Positions 41,007-55,532 of a stretch of DNA of 64,000 nt are shown piece after piece. The notes beneath the pieces are model-generated. The model was given only the letters and a program-made list of their open reading frames with translations. It made no database searches and was not told the origin of the DNA. The stretch's first letter is position 1; every line of letters starts with the position of its first letter. Location: assembly GCA_951406725.2 (NCBI GenBank), contig OX597832.1, forward strand, positions 17,546,001-17,610,000, read 5' to 3'. The translations under genes were made by a program, and so were the position numbers. This DNA comes from Octopus vulgaris (Eukaryota).

Positions 41007-41590
41007 GCCATGTATCCTAAGATGGACACCTCTTGTATGATTAAATGTACACTGTATTTATATGAATAATATATAGTCTATTGATTAAATTCTCTACACG
41101 CTAGGCTACTGGTAGCGAAAATTTTCTAAAATTTTTTCTTACCATATTATTAATCATTGACAATTTTTGGAAAATTTTCGAAGTAACGCCGGCTTCATTT
41201 TATTTGGTGCCGACAAAAAACTGTGCTTCCGCGGTAGATTTGAAAAATTATAAGCAAGGAGCACATGCTGGATTGCCTTGTTTTTATATGTTTAATCTTG
41301 GCGTACCTGCTGATGAAGACTTCGCCTAGCAAATTATTTTATTTGCTAATATAGAGTCAGAAACCATGGTCCAGGAGATAGATGGTAAATGTTTTTATTT
41401 TTCTTCCCCTTCGAAATTTATCCCTAATAGTGGTTTGGATTTGGCTATTTCTTCTAGCGTGCCAGGTATCATACGATGGATATCTCTGGTGTGTTTAAAT
41501 GTACTCTGTAATTATATGAATAATATATAGTCTATTGACTAATTTTTCTACATGCTAGGTCACTGGTAGTAAAAAGAATTTTCTTACCTT
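41007..41590 (+). mobile_element. Partial tandem (~1.3 copies, ~454-bp period) hammerhead-bearing element; retrozyme/Penelope pLTR-like
   Basis: 41007-41130 is repeated with divergence at 41461-41590; a complete HHR lies between them. Confidence 0.8.
41306..41375 (+). ncRNA. Canonical type I hammerhead ribozyme
   Basis: cctg-CTGATGA-a-gact..(tagcaaat/atttgcta)..agtc-a-GAAAC-catg-GTC-cagg; all core nucleotides present, predicted cleavage after C41371. Confidence 0.88.
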
Positions 41591-41725
41591 GACATTATTA
41601 ATGTATATATCTATATATAGCTGGTATTGTAGTGATCAAGGAAGATCCCTGTATCTTCCATCTTCCGTCTTTCACATTATATATATATATATATATATAT
41701 ATTTTATATATATATATATATTCGT

Positions 41726-41757
<32 letters not shown>

Positions 41758-41771
41758 TCGTCATATTTTCG

Positions 41772-41810
<39 letters not shown>

Positions 41811-42324
41811 TGTGTCATTGTGTTTCTGTAAGTACCCCACCCCACCATTTGAAAACCAGTGCTGGTTTGCTGGTGTACTTACGTCCCTGTATCTTAGTGG
41901 TTCGGCAAAAGATAGCGATAGAATAAATACCAGGTTTTAAAAATGTGTTTATCATTTTCAACCATCTTATCTGACTGGTTTTTCTTCTTTTTTTGCTGCA
42001 CTGTCATCACTGTTGCATGGAATATGTAAAGATGTACGTTACGTACTTAATTCTTTTTTCGAAATGTGTCGTAAACATTATAAAATTAAATGTTCTCTGG
42101 TATACATGTGAAAAGTATAATTGCATAAGAGAAGCCTGCCGACGATACCCGGGGAAACAGCGGGAAACAGAAAGGATTTTGCTCAAACAATTTAAAACTT
42201 TGTTTACACATATTATCATATTTTTTACATTCAAAATATCTACCACATATAATTATGCAACACGATAAAGGGCTTAAATGGCCAAACAATATCTATATAA
42301 AACAGAAATCCTGTAAAGAATATT

Positions 42325-42711
42325 CTCTTCTACTCTAGGCACAAGGCCTGTCATTTTAGGGGAGATTAGATCAATCCCAGTTCGCAACTGGTATTTAATT
42401 CATCGACTCCGAAAGGATGAAAAGCAAAGTCGACCTCGGCGGAATTTGAACTCACAGCGTAAAGACAGACGAAATGCCTATTTCTTTACTACCCACAAGG
42501 GGCTAAACATAGAGGGGACAAACAAGGACAAACATAGGTATAAAGTCGATTACATCTACCCCAGTGGGTAACTGCTGCTTAATTTATCGACCCCGAAAGG
42601 ATGAAAGGTAAAGTCGACCACGGCGGAATTTGAACTCAGAACGTAGCGGCAGACGAAATTCCGCTAAGCATTTGACCCGACGTCCTAACGTTTCTGCCCG
42701 CTCACAACCTT
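42325..42711 (-). mobile_element. SINE family A, dimeric form, with 21-bp TSD
   Basis: TSD agaaatcctgtaaagaatatt at 42304-42324 and 42712-42732. Confidence 0.95.
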
Positions 42712-43209
42712 AGAAATCCTGTAAAGAATATTACTTAATGACTTGTGATAATCTTTATATTCTGGTCTGGATTTCACGTCCCTATGAAGAAATCTGCTGA
42801 GTTAAAGGGCGGGTTAAAGTTAGAGACAGATTGTTTAGAGTGAAGGAAAACTGCCCCACGGTAAGTGTTCTGTTGCCCTATATTTTGAGTTTAAAACCCA
42901 CCAAAGCGATCCTTGACGTTTATGCTGATTGAATAAAATATTAGGTACCTCCTTGAGCTTATGTAATCGACTTTAACTTATCTGCTATGTTTTGTCCTTC
43001 CACGAGAAATCACCCAGATTTTTACAAAATTCGGAGATAATGTTTAGCTTTATTTAATTGCTTGCAATCGTGTCTGGATTTCAAATCTTGCTAAGGTCAC
43101 CTTCGCACTCAGGTCACCTCAATCGCCAAAAGAACCGAACCGAGAAGTATCGATGTCTTAGTTTTGGTGTTCGATTTTCAGTGATGGTATAGATTTCATT
43201 GGAAAATCC

Positions 43210-43415
43210 TTTCCGTCATAGACACAAATCAGGAATTCTGAAGCTAGGGGTGCTTAAATAGATCACACCACCCCAAATGGTTCTTATTTTATCGTCCCTG
43301 AAAGGATAAACTGCGATGTCGATCTCGGTAGAATTTGAAATTCAGAACATAAAGATTAGCGAAAAGCCGCTAATCATATTGCCCGAGGTACAACAGAATT
43401 TGCCCTCTCACCGCC
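43210..43415 (-). mobile_element. Old degenerate SINE family A
   Basis: 'tgaaaggataaactgcgatgtcgatctcggtagaatttgaa'. Confidence 0.6.
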
Positions 43416-43802
43416 AATTCATTGAATAATGCGGCAAGGTCTTTCAGTGCTGCCAGATAATGTCAGCTTCGTTAAAATTCCGGGTTCAGATCCAAGTGGA
43501 AACGTATTAAATGTTATAACTCTGGTGTAAGAATTGTGTGAACGTTTTGTGCTTCAAAAAGCTTTCGTCTCTACCAGAAGGTGAGCAAGGAATGTGATTC
43601 CTCCTCCTCCTCCTCGACACCCCCTATTTCCATCCTGTATTTTAATCGTGGTCTTGTTGTTCTCCCGCCCTGATTTGTAGCTTGTACAGGCCATGTGCTC
43701 AGGGCTGTAAATTATTTGGAGATACTAATGTCGATGGTCGCTTTGTTTACATTATATTGTTGGCTGAAGCGGACTCTGGTCATCGCTCTGGCGAACAGGT
43801 GC

Positions 43803-43851
43803 TCGCGACTGAGGATGGGCGAAATAGCTCGAAACTGAGTCTGTCTCGCGA
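43803..43851 (+). ncRNA. Type I hammerhead ribozyme
   Basis: tcgcga-CTGAGGA-t-gggc-gaaata-gctc-GAAAC-tgagtct-GTC-tcgcga; GUC at 43843-43845; outer acagg/cctgt or caggtg/cacctg could extend stem I. Confidence 0.8.
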
Positions 43852-44151
43852 TCCTGTCACCTGCTAGTGGATGGTATGGGTACGCTCCCACTGCTACCAA
43901 TATATATTGTATATGAAGGGTGAAGAGTCGCACCGATAACCAGCTGGCAGACAATCTGCCTGGGGTTAAACTAGTATTAACATGGAGCAGCCACTTTGAT
44001 GTAGCGACTGACTTTAATTTTTAGTATTGTTACTACTCTGATCACTTCTTCAGATTTTACAATTACACATTTGGTTGGATATTCCCTGCACATCTCACAA
44101 TTCAAAGCTATCTGTCTATACTTTGAGAAACGGTTCTGTTCTTTACAAACA

Positions 44152-44198
<47 letters not shown>

Positions 44199-44558
44199 GG
44201 AGATAATTTCTGATAAAATGTATACATACCCATTGCATGTTAAAAAGGTAAGTGATGTCAATAGGTATAAAAGGAAATACGATATACCAAATCTCGACAA
44301 TTTATTTTATTCCTTTAAAAGAGTCACCTCAGAGAAAACAACAGTAAAATAGAAAAATAAATTTTTAAAAATTACTTTTTATAAAACAAGGATAGAGTAA
44401 TTTTGTGTATGACATGTGAAAATCAACTAGGAGCTGTTACTAATATACTCTCCCAACCCAAGTCTGTAAGTACAAGTTAGTGATTTACTAAGTATAAGAC
44501 ATTCAATATAGTATTTACAAATCGCTGAACTTTACGTTCCTCATACACAACTTACATG

Positions 44559-44594
<36 letters not shown>

Positions 44595-44623
44595 CAATGG
44601 GTATACAAGTGTACGTAAATCTA

Positions 44624-44689
<66 letters not shown>

Positions 44690-44950
44690 GTAATAACATA
44701 AATAATATATAAATATATGCATATATACATACATATATGTACATACCTACATATATATGTATATTTACATGCATATAGGGGTACTGGACATCAAAAAAAG
44801 CGTAGACACAATGAGAAACAAAAATATAAGAACAGAAACATTGAAAACGAACTATTTTTCGAACAACGAAAAAAACAAACAGTAAACCGAAACAAGCTAC
44901 ATAAAGAACATTCCCTTTATCAGTTGTCCCTGTTATATCGATATGCATGA

Positions 44951-44996
<46 letters not shown>

Positions 44997-45819
44997 ATAT
45001 ATATAAATTATATATGTATATATATAAATTATATATATATATATCCTTTCTTTCTTTCTCTGAGTTTCTTTTAATACTTACCATGCACCACGTCCTCGCG
45101 TTAATGATTTTTTCATGTTATTTTCTGCGTTTTTTGGGTGGGGGGTTTTAGATTATATACATAAATATATAAATATAGGCAACTCACACATACACAGAAA
45201 TACATGATATACATATACATTAATCTATGCGAGATGTTATACAACATATGTATGTTGTATAACGTAGAAGTGTTCTTAAATATAAGAAACAATATTTCAA
45301 TATTAGCTGCGATAAAAAAAACAACAACCAAAAAGGAATATTATGTTATGAAGGTCACATAATTAACGAACCACCCCAAAAGAACTTTCACAACCATCTA
45401 TCTCGAACATACATACATATGAAGAGCGTTATATAGATAGATTGATAGATAGATTGACTGATTCAATTAGGTATCTAAAAAAAAAAAAATCGCACCCAAG
45501 CATAAAACGAAAAGAAAGTGAGAAAGACGCTTAAAGTCTCAAAGTAAATTTATTTGCTTTTAGGACTCATTGCTTTTAGCGCTTTTAAAGTCTGTAAAGG
45601 AATATTGGTTGATAGAAGCGTGCTAAAAATACTGCGTTTCTCACAAAATATTGTTGGTCTTAAGTTTTCACTGAAAGGACCCGCGTGCGTTTCAGGTGGA
45701 TGCGAGTGAAACCTTCGTTTGTAGGGTTAAAAATTAACAGATTATATTAGTTTATAAATAAGGTCAGTTGTAGAAAAGCTCACACGCATAAAGTCATATA
45801 TGTTGGCATATACATAATC

Positions 45820-45854
<35 letters not shown>

Positions 45855-45856
45855 TA

Positions 45857-45920
<64 letters not shown>

Positions 45921-46025
45921 CGTGTATGTTGACATATATGTACATACAAAATTCATCCATATCCTATACCTGTAAAAACATAATCAACATACTCACGCAT
46001 ATGTGCATGTATGCTTATGCATGAA

Positions 46026-46103
<78 letters not shown>

Positions 46104-46322
46104 CGAGAGAGAGAAGGGAGCTGAAAGGAGTCCGTCGCATATGTATATACATTAATATATGTACGTATGAATATATGTATTTAAATATGTATGTTTGCAT
46201 GCTTGTATATATGTGCATGTATATAGGTGGAGAATTCACAAAAAATACAAAAACAAAAGACGAAGATAGGTGGTGGAGACAACAAACAGATTTATTAGTA
46301 TAATGCTCGGGAAGTGAAAAAG

Positions 46323-46360
46323 TCTTTGACGTTTCGAGCCGACGCTCTTCCACAGAAAGG
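46323..46360 (-). ncRNA. Minimal type I hammerhead-like motif, variant core (same family as 25789)
   Basis: Minus strand: ccttt-CTGTGGA-a-gagc-gtcg-gctc-GAAAC-GTC-aaaga in element 46225-46410. Confidence 0.55.
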
Positions 46361-46408
46361 AACACGGAAAGAAACAAGGAGAAAAAAAAAAGAATGTTTA
46401 GTGGCTAG

Positions 46409-46445
<37 letters not shown>

Positions 46446-46450
46446 TCTTA

Positions 46451-46822
46451 TAGGCACTGCGTCTGTGGTAAGAAGTTTGCTCTCTAACTATATGGCTCCC
46501 TGCTCAGTCCCACTGTGTGGCACCTTGAGAAATTGTCTTCTACTCTAGCCTTGGGTCCAGCAAAACACTCAGAGTTGATTTGGTAGAACGAAGCTGAAAG
46601 AATCCAGTTGAATGTGTGTGTGATTCTTTTTGTGGATGTGTTTCTCCTGCAGCCACTGTTGGTTTGTTTACGTCTCAGTATCTAAGTGGTTCGTCTAAAG
46701 AGTCGGACAAAAATAAGTAATAACCCCATGAAAATGATTATTCGGGTCGATAAGTTCAACTAGAATTCTTCGAGCTGGTGCCCAAGTATGGCCCACAGCC
46801 TAGAGAATGAAGCAAGTAAAAG
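46451..46822 (+). mobile_element. Degenerate SINE family B
   Basis: 'cagtcccactgtgtggcaccttgagaaattgtcttctactctagcc' plus tail. Confidence 0.75.
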
Positions 46823-47269
46823 ACCATAGACAACAAGTAAATGATCCACTTCCTGAACTCAGCAATAATTTATCAGGTTACATGTGGTACACCGCACAAG
46901 TGTGTAGGTATTGTGAATTTGATGAAGGGCGGGAGATATTGAGCAATACATACATTGATCACTATGTCAATAGACTATATATTATTCATATAAATAGAGT
47001 GTACATTTAATCACATAAGAAGTATCCTACTTCTTACTTCGACTGCTGAGAACTGTATAAAAACTAAGCAGCCGGATTTTTAATATTTCTTTAAAATCAG
47101 TGATCACAAAACATACCAGCAAAATGTAGAAATATCAAAGAAGCATTTTTTAATTGCAGAATATAAGGAAAGCATAAGTTCGACAAGACTTTTGTTTTTC
47201 ATTTAAACTTCAATATATTTTAAACTATTCTTGTACCTTCATTTTGGATATACGATATATATAACGTTC

Positions 47270-47535
47270 TTCTTTACTCTTTTACTCTTTTATTTGTTTC
47301 AGTCATTTGATTGCGGCCATGCTGGAGCATCACCTTTAGTATACACATATACACACACATACATATATGTATATATATATACATATATACGACGGGCTTC
47401 TTTCAGTTTCCACTCATAAGGCTTTGATTGGCCCGAGGTTATAGTAGAAGAAACTTGCCCAAGGTGCCACGTAGTGGGACTGAACCCGGAACCATGTGGT
47501 TTGTAAGCAAGCTACTTACTACACAGCCACTCCTG
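47270..47535 (-). mobile_element. SINE family B with internal deletion
   Basis: Tail 'tttgtttcagtcatttgattgcggccatgctgg' and head 'cccggaaccatgtggtttgtaagc..acacagccactcctgc'. Confidence 0.88.
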
Positions 47536-48401
47536 CTGAACAAATTTATGTTAAAACTTATACAAAGTTTACCTTTTGTGCGTTTGTAAGAAGGTAAATT
47601 CTGTTTGATACAGTTATCATATCTGAATTATATTACAATGATGCTCTCATTTTTAGATGTGAAACCGGTGAGAAGTATTAATTGCAGTAAAAATAAAAAA
47701 GAATTTGCACGGCTGTGTCCCAGCATGGCCACAGCTCGTGAGCTGAAACTAGATAAAATAAGAAAAATTAAAAATACTATTTTTTTTTGTATGATATTTT
47801 TAAACTCTCGGTCATCCTGCCTCTCTCTATCCCTGTGTCTCTATCGCTGTTTGTCTATCTATGTTTCTTTCCCTCCTCTCTCTCCAGCTCTCACCCTATC
47901 ATTCTCTTCTTCGCCGTCTCCGTCTCCCTCTCTGTGTATATATCCACAGACATTTAGACCTTTACTGGAAACTTCAGTAACACAAACAATCGCTGGATCA
48001 TATAAGGTCAGTGACCCTCTGTGAAAGCACACGAACGCAACTCCGATGAATATGCAGATTTTTGCATGTAATGTCTTATGTTGCTTTCATACGGGCACAC
48101 CAGCAGATACAACACCACTGTTAAGGGGCTCAATATGTACAAGCCACTGTATGTGTTTGTTTGCGTGTTATGCTTGCAAGTTCATGTGTGTTTGGAAGAT
48201 ACATACTCTTGTGTTTCAACGAAAATATTTTCATTTAACTGAAAGTTATATTTTTCTTAGAATGCTCCACACTTAATTAGTTTTCTCACTAATATCTATG
48301 CGGGAAAAAAAAAGATTCTAGGAATAATTAAGCATAAACGATACAAAATTATACTTATATACAGATCCATAAATATATGTTTGTGTATAATTACAAACGT
48401 A

Positions 48402-48655
48402 GAGGCGCGTGGCTTAGTGTATAAGGTGTCAGCATTATGATCGTAAGATTGTGGTTTCGATTCCTGGACCGGACGATGCGTTGTGTTCTTGAGCAAAACA
48501 CTTCATTTCACGTTGCTCCAGTCCACTCAGCTGGCAAAAATGAGTATCGCTGTGATGGACTGGCGTCCCGTCCAGCTGGGGAACACATACGCCATAGAAA
48601 TTGTGAAACCGGGCCTATGAGTCCTAGCTAGGCTTAAAAAAAATTGGCGCATTTA
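48402..48655 (+). mobile_element. SINE family C (tRNA head, Meta/V-like domain)
   Basis: A box 'tggcttagtgt', B box 'ggtttcgattcc', then 'gatggactggcgtcccgtccagctgggg'. Confidence 0.9.
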
Positions 48656-49784
48656 TTTACTTTTTTAAATAATTACAAATAGCTACACACATACGCACAC
48701 ATATGTGCGTGCATATATGCATATGTAAAATGAGTACATATATATTACAGTAGATACCTATGTGTGTATATATATACATATATATATATGTATATATTGG
48801 CCTGCTCGCTTAGCCAGCGGAGTGGCGTCATTTGAAGGCTAAAACAATGTGAAGCGCATTGTGACCAGCGATATGTAGCAACATCTGATAGCCTGGTCGG
48901 TCACGTGATCACGTGATATATATATATATGAGTGTGTGTGTGTGTGTGTGTTTGTATGTCCGTTTATCAGTGTATGCGTATATGTGTATGTGTTTGTGCA
49001 CGTATCTCAGTGCTCGTGTACGTATGTGTGTTTGTGTGTGTGTGTGTGTGTGAGCGCTTATGGCTGTGCGTGCGTATGAGAGACAAATATTATTATACAT
49101 CTTGGCTGCAAAGAGTTTCTTTGTTGTTTATTGTCATTGCTTAAAGAAACCATATTTATTTCCTTTTGTTTTATAGTCTTATATTTATTTATTTGTGTTT
49201 CTGTTTATTATTTTTTTTTATCTCACCACCTCTACATTCGGAATGAATTAACGTCTCATCTGCAGTTATTCTCTTCCGCTCCATTAACGTTCAGTAAAGG
49301 GAGATAAATTCTTAGATCTTTATTTTTGCACGAAATGATAAAACAATAAATGAAACGCATGGTGGAGATGGTGGGTGGATGGAGGGGTAGAACTAAAACT
49401 ATATAAATAATAATAAAAAAAAAACACTGACCAAATAATAAAAAATCCAACGGTGAGAAAATAAAATCATGTCCGTTAGAAAAGGCGGTAAATATAAAAA
49501 AAAATAATATATGATAGTGGAAAAGAGATACCGGAAGTTGATGCGAAAAAATATTGTTTTCTGATAGTTTCAAAAAATAATAAGTAAAAAACCAAAAAAA
49601 CTCGTCTCTAATGTCGCTGATGCTGATGACGATGATACTGATGATGCTGATGATGGTAGTGTGACTGCAGAGGAAACTGATGGTGATGCTGATGAATACG
49701 GGGATAATGAGATAATGAATTCCATATACCCATCATCAAATTAAACAGCGTATCGACTGGCCACATAATATATATGTATATATT

Positions 49785-49826
<42 letters not shown>

Positions 49827-49838
49827 CGTATACATGAA

Positions 49839-49881
<43 letters not shown>

Positions 49882-50371
49882 GTATATGCATATATGTGTG
49901 TTTCTGTGTGTGTGTGTGAGTTGCTATCATCAATAATAATAATAATTGATTAAATATATGCAAAGACATGAGCTGTTCCGCATCCTGCTCTAAGACTGAA
50001 ATCCAGGGATTTTTTCTATGTTTATTTTATATTTTATTATCATTGCCTTGTTGTTTTTTTATATATTTTATTATCATTTCTTACGCTGTCTCTCTCGCTC
50101 TCTCTCTCTCAAGCAATTTCCCTTCCTTCATGCTCTCGTTTTTCTTCTCCGTGTGATTCCCTAAGATTCTACGTTATACATTTGCAGTTCCCCATTACCA
50201 TTTTCTTCTACTCACAGAAAACTTGGACATTGGCAGAGTAAAGCACATGAAAGTGAATGATTCTCACCCGTATTTGCGTGTGGGTCGTTATAAAAACCAC
50301 AAAAAAATAATCTATGATTTTATATGCCTGCCTACAGTCTGTCTTCATGTGTCGATGTCAGTATCGTTTAC

Positions 50372-50472
<101 letters not shown>

Positions 50473-50783
50473 ATCCATCTGTTTATATGTCTGTTTATTT
50501 CTCTGTCTCGATCTTCTTGCCTGTCTCTTCATCTGTCAGTATGTTTCTCAATCTGTCTGAATATGTGTATGTATGTATGTATGTATGTATGTATGTATGT
50601 ATGTATGTATGTATGTATGTATGTATGTATGTATGTATGTATGTATGTATGTATGAATGTGTGTGTGTCTATCTCTCTGTTCATTTGATATCTGTTTATC
50701 TACCTCTCACTCAGAGGTTTTGCAAGTGAATAATTCTGTATAGACACGTATAAAGTCACGCCAGTATACATACATATACATAT

Positions 50784-50860
<77 letters not shown>

Positions 50861-52834
50861 TAGATAGATAGATAGATTGGTAGATAGATATATCTACGTA
50901 TGTATATATATTTATATATATACATATATACGTATATATAAATATTCATATATATATGTATGTATGCATATATATATATATATACATATTTACGCATACA
51001 TGGAAGTACATACATGTATGTGTGAAGGTGACGTGCATCTTTATGCTAAATGTATTGGCTTATGTTTATGTGGTATATCTGAGTGCATATATAAACACAC
51101 CATTTTCGTTTCGATCCGGTATTGCTGATATTAGCTCTGTGTATGATTGTTTTGCTAAAAGCATGAAAATGAAATAAAACAAAAAAAAATTCCTGAATGA
51201 AAAAGAACAACAACAAAGAGAATCAAAGGACAAGTTTAAAACTCCTGTACAGCCAGAATACCAAATAAACATTAAAAATCTAAAACAGTAGAAAGCGTGG
51301 AGGGTCTTGGGAGTTGGTGAAAGTAGGGAGTAAGAATAAGCACCCGTTAATATAATAATACAGAAAGGGCTGTTGTTGTTATTCATGATGACGTTTAGCT
51401 CTAAGTTAGACGTCTTTGAATGGATTTATGGTGATATTTATTCAAGTCACCGCGAAGAAGCATAGCAGTGTAGTTAATAGTTTGATTCAAGGTTAGGAAG
51501 TTTCATGTTCAATCGTTCTGTATGCGTGCATGTATATTTTATTATTTAATTATATTTACTTAATGCTCTGTAAAATTTATGAAAATAATAAAAAATGAAT
51601 AAAACTTTTGTAGAATTCTATTTATGCTGCTCCACTAAACTCTCTCTATATTTATGTATGTATACACGAAGGAATTCTTTCAGTTTCCGACTACTAAATC
51701 TACTCACAAGTCTCTGGTAGACCCGAGGCTATAGTAGAAGAAACTTGCCTAAGGTGCCAAAGAGCCACTTCTGCGCCTAGCCTTATACATTTCTGTTGAC
51801 TTACCGAAAGTCACCAAATTCCAGAACTCAATATCTAAAACTAATACAGCACCCATTGATAACTTAAAACTGAAGCACTCATATTTACCAGTAGTATGAA
51901 TTACGGGTTTCAACTCTTTCAATATCACTTATATAATTTTATTAATAATTACTGTCGTACGAATACTGTAAATATTTATAACGCATACTGAATGGCGGCG
52001 GGGACCCAAGGAATGTCCCCCTGACATTGCATAATCATTTAAAAGATAATATAAAAGAAAATAATGTTTGAAAAAACTTCAAAACTAACATTTTAGTTCT
52101 CAGAAGAAGCTGAACTTTTGATTGTTATATTTACGTTAGAGATATTTAACTACATGTCTACAAGGCGCTTACAATTCAGCTCTTTTGTTCTAACACTTAC
52201 TCACTAAAAAACAGAATCATAAAGTTTTTTGCTCAAACGTCACAATATACTTTTGATTTGGATCTGCCCATCCTGCACCGTTGTGTGTTATCTACAAGTG
52301 ACAGGTCACTTTGAAAACCACATATATTTCTCATGTAAAATCACATATTTCCACAAAGCAGTAGCTCCTCTCCACAACGATATTTTTGAATATCAATTTA
52401 GTTTCCTCAGTATATATTTTAAGTTCACCTCTGGTTGCTGTTTCTTCTTTGTCATTGTATGTTATCGACATCGCCAATCAGTTATCAACTTGTGATCAAT
52501 TCCCTTGAATTTTGAAGTTCGGACGGCCTGATTCTTAGTAGTTGAATAATTCACATTCACAGAGATCCTACTTAATACTTTACACTACTAATACACATAC
52601 AATCATAGTAAGCAATTAAATTAATGAAATTCCCAGTAATATTAACCCTCCGTCTCTTCAAACCATTTTCATAAGATTTCCTTAGAAAGAAAAATACATG
52701 AATCATATAGGAGGCAAGGATGCCAGGGAAAGATGACTTGTGTCTTACTAGTCATACAAAATACAAGGAAATGGTTAATTCCTTGTGTTACATTAAATAC
52801 TTACTGTGTTGTATCTTAGAATGATTTTTTATAT

Positions 52835-52951
<117 letters not shown>

Positions 52952-53613
52952 TATATACGCTGTGCATTCTCAGCATATTTTCAGATCAAAGCTTACCAGA
53001 GTTAAGATTAGAACGATATTTCATCGTTCCTTCTAGTAATCTAGGCTGATTGAATAAAATTATCATCAGATGATATCAGTGATACCCGTTTACTAACGTT
53101 ATCGATCAATTTCTTCAACACACTTGGTGAGTAATATTCATACAGATAAATACGGACATATATAAATGTAAGTTACGGCATATAATAAGCTCGCAATTTT
53201 CCATTAGTATGAAAATGTCACAATATGGATGCACCTATGTATTCATAACTGAGTGAACCAAAAAGAGATCAATGTAGCAATAGGGACCTATAAGCAAATA
53301 ATACTTCGTTTAACAAACGCTCTGTAATTTTTCGTCCATGGAGTGTAAATTCTGAAATTAATCGCGTTGAACCATTATCTGCCTGCAACGAAACAAAAGT
53401 ATTCACGTTTTAATTTTGTTCCATTTTAACACCAAATCTCAACTTTGAGTCCATACAAAGGGTCATCTCACATTCGAAGTTAGAAAAGTAAGGAATCTAA
53501 GTCATGGATTTGTAAGTTTTCGAAACATAGCAGAACATATACTATGTTAAAGACTTACGGAGACGACATCGAGAAAATAAGCAGTAATAAAGGTGAGCGC
53601 GTGGATTTCCGGT

Positions 53614-53765
53614 ATACAGGGTTGACCAGAAGTCACCTGACAGTATATCAAAACCATTTAATTCCAAGATTTATTCATATTTAATAATTGAATGAATTCA
53701 ATAAAAGCATCTAAATATGAAACATCGCGAAAAAATTTCAAACTGAAATCCTTCTTGACCGACAC
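53614..53765 (+). mobile_element. Tc1/mariner-like terminal fragment
   Basis: Begins TA|CAGGGTTGACCAGAAGTCACC, typical of Tc1/mariner TIRs; no partner TIR found. Confidence 0.4.
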
Positions 53766-53957
53766 ATTTTTACATACATACATACATACATAAAGAGACA
53801 GACAGACGAACACACGAATAATTAAATAGATAAGATAGACAGATAAATAGGCATACAGTAGAAATGAGACAGCAGAGAGAGATAGAAAGATAGACAGACA
53901 AATAGATAGGTAGATAGATATATAGATAGATGGACGTTCCCGACTGAAATTGATCGA

Positions 53958-54043
<86 letters not shown>

Positions 54044-54087
54044 AACAGATAGATACATAGATAAAACAATCAATAGGTTAGTAGATT

Positions 54088-54152
<65 letters not shown>

Positions 54153-54301
54153 TTGGACAGATATGAGAGACAGATATGACAAAGCGAGCGGGTAGAAAAA
54201 TAGAATTCACAGACGGAGGGAAGTTCGTTCCACTAATCTTCATATATGTTTTATTTGTTTAGCGGTAGAGGAGTTGTATCGATTGAGACATTGTGTTTGA
54301 G

Positions 54302-54386
<85 letters not shown>

Positions 54387-54954
54387 ATATGCATATACGT
54401 ATGTATGTGTGCATACTGTTTCATTGAATTATATCAAGTAAGTGTTATTAAGCGTAAGACTGGAAGAAACGTTTATGTGGTTAAGAAAAGAAAAAGAGAA
54501 AAAGGAAAAAAAAACAAAAACAAACTAGGTGAAAGAAAACAACGCAAAACTAAAGAAACACATATACTCTTATCTCGAACTACACACATACACACACACA
54601 CTCTCTCTCTCATATACACACATACACATCCCCGTGCACACATATAGAGGCACATGCGTACACACTCATATACCCGACACAAACAAACACGCATGCAAAC
54701 ACACTCGTACGAGACCATCACGCACAAACATATAAACACTTTCGCTCCACTCTTCACCTGTCTTGCCACTTCACTCTACTCCAATCCAATTATCTATTTA
54801 TACCATTCCATTTTTATTGGAACTGGTCTACTTCAATCGCAACTGTAAGACATCTCCAGTTTGATAATGTCACGTTAATGGCCTCTGTTAAAATTGCCAG
54901 AACACTAAATTGAAACATAAATTGTTTCTTACTGGTTTATTAATAGCAGAAACT

Positions 54955-54975
54955 TTATATATATATGTATGCATG

Positions 54976-55059
<84 letters not shown>

Positions 55060-55145
55060 TATATATACATATATATATTTCTATATATATATATATATTA
55101 TATATATATATATATTCTATATATAAATATATATATACATATTTA

Positions 55146-55201
<56 letters not shown>

Positions 55202-55209
55202 GATATATA

Positions 55210-55261
<52 letters not shown>

Positions 55262-55331
55262 CATACATAAATATATACATATATATACATATGTATATAT
55301 ATGTATATATATATATATGTATACGTATACA

Positions 55332-55365
<34 letters not shown>

Positions 55366-55459
55366 CATATATCTAAATATATACATATATATAAACATTC
55401 ATACATATATATATATATATATATACATATATCTAAATATATACATATATATAAACATT

Positions 55460-55501
<42 letters not shown>

Positions 55502-55532
55502 CACACGCATATATATATATATATATATATAT
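54955..55532. repeat. Long degenerate (TA)n tract including a 60-bp tandem duplication (55361-55480)
   Basis: Direct observation. Confidence 0.92.

Noticed and set aside
42136-42176. cctg-CCGACGA..ccg/cgg-GAAAC hammerhead-like start
   Set aside because: Stem III, the cleavage triplet and stem I' are missing; too degenerate to call
48402-48475. tRNA-like A/B boxes
   Set aside because: They continue into a SINE body and tail that recur at 25945; this is a SINE head, not a tRNA gene
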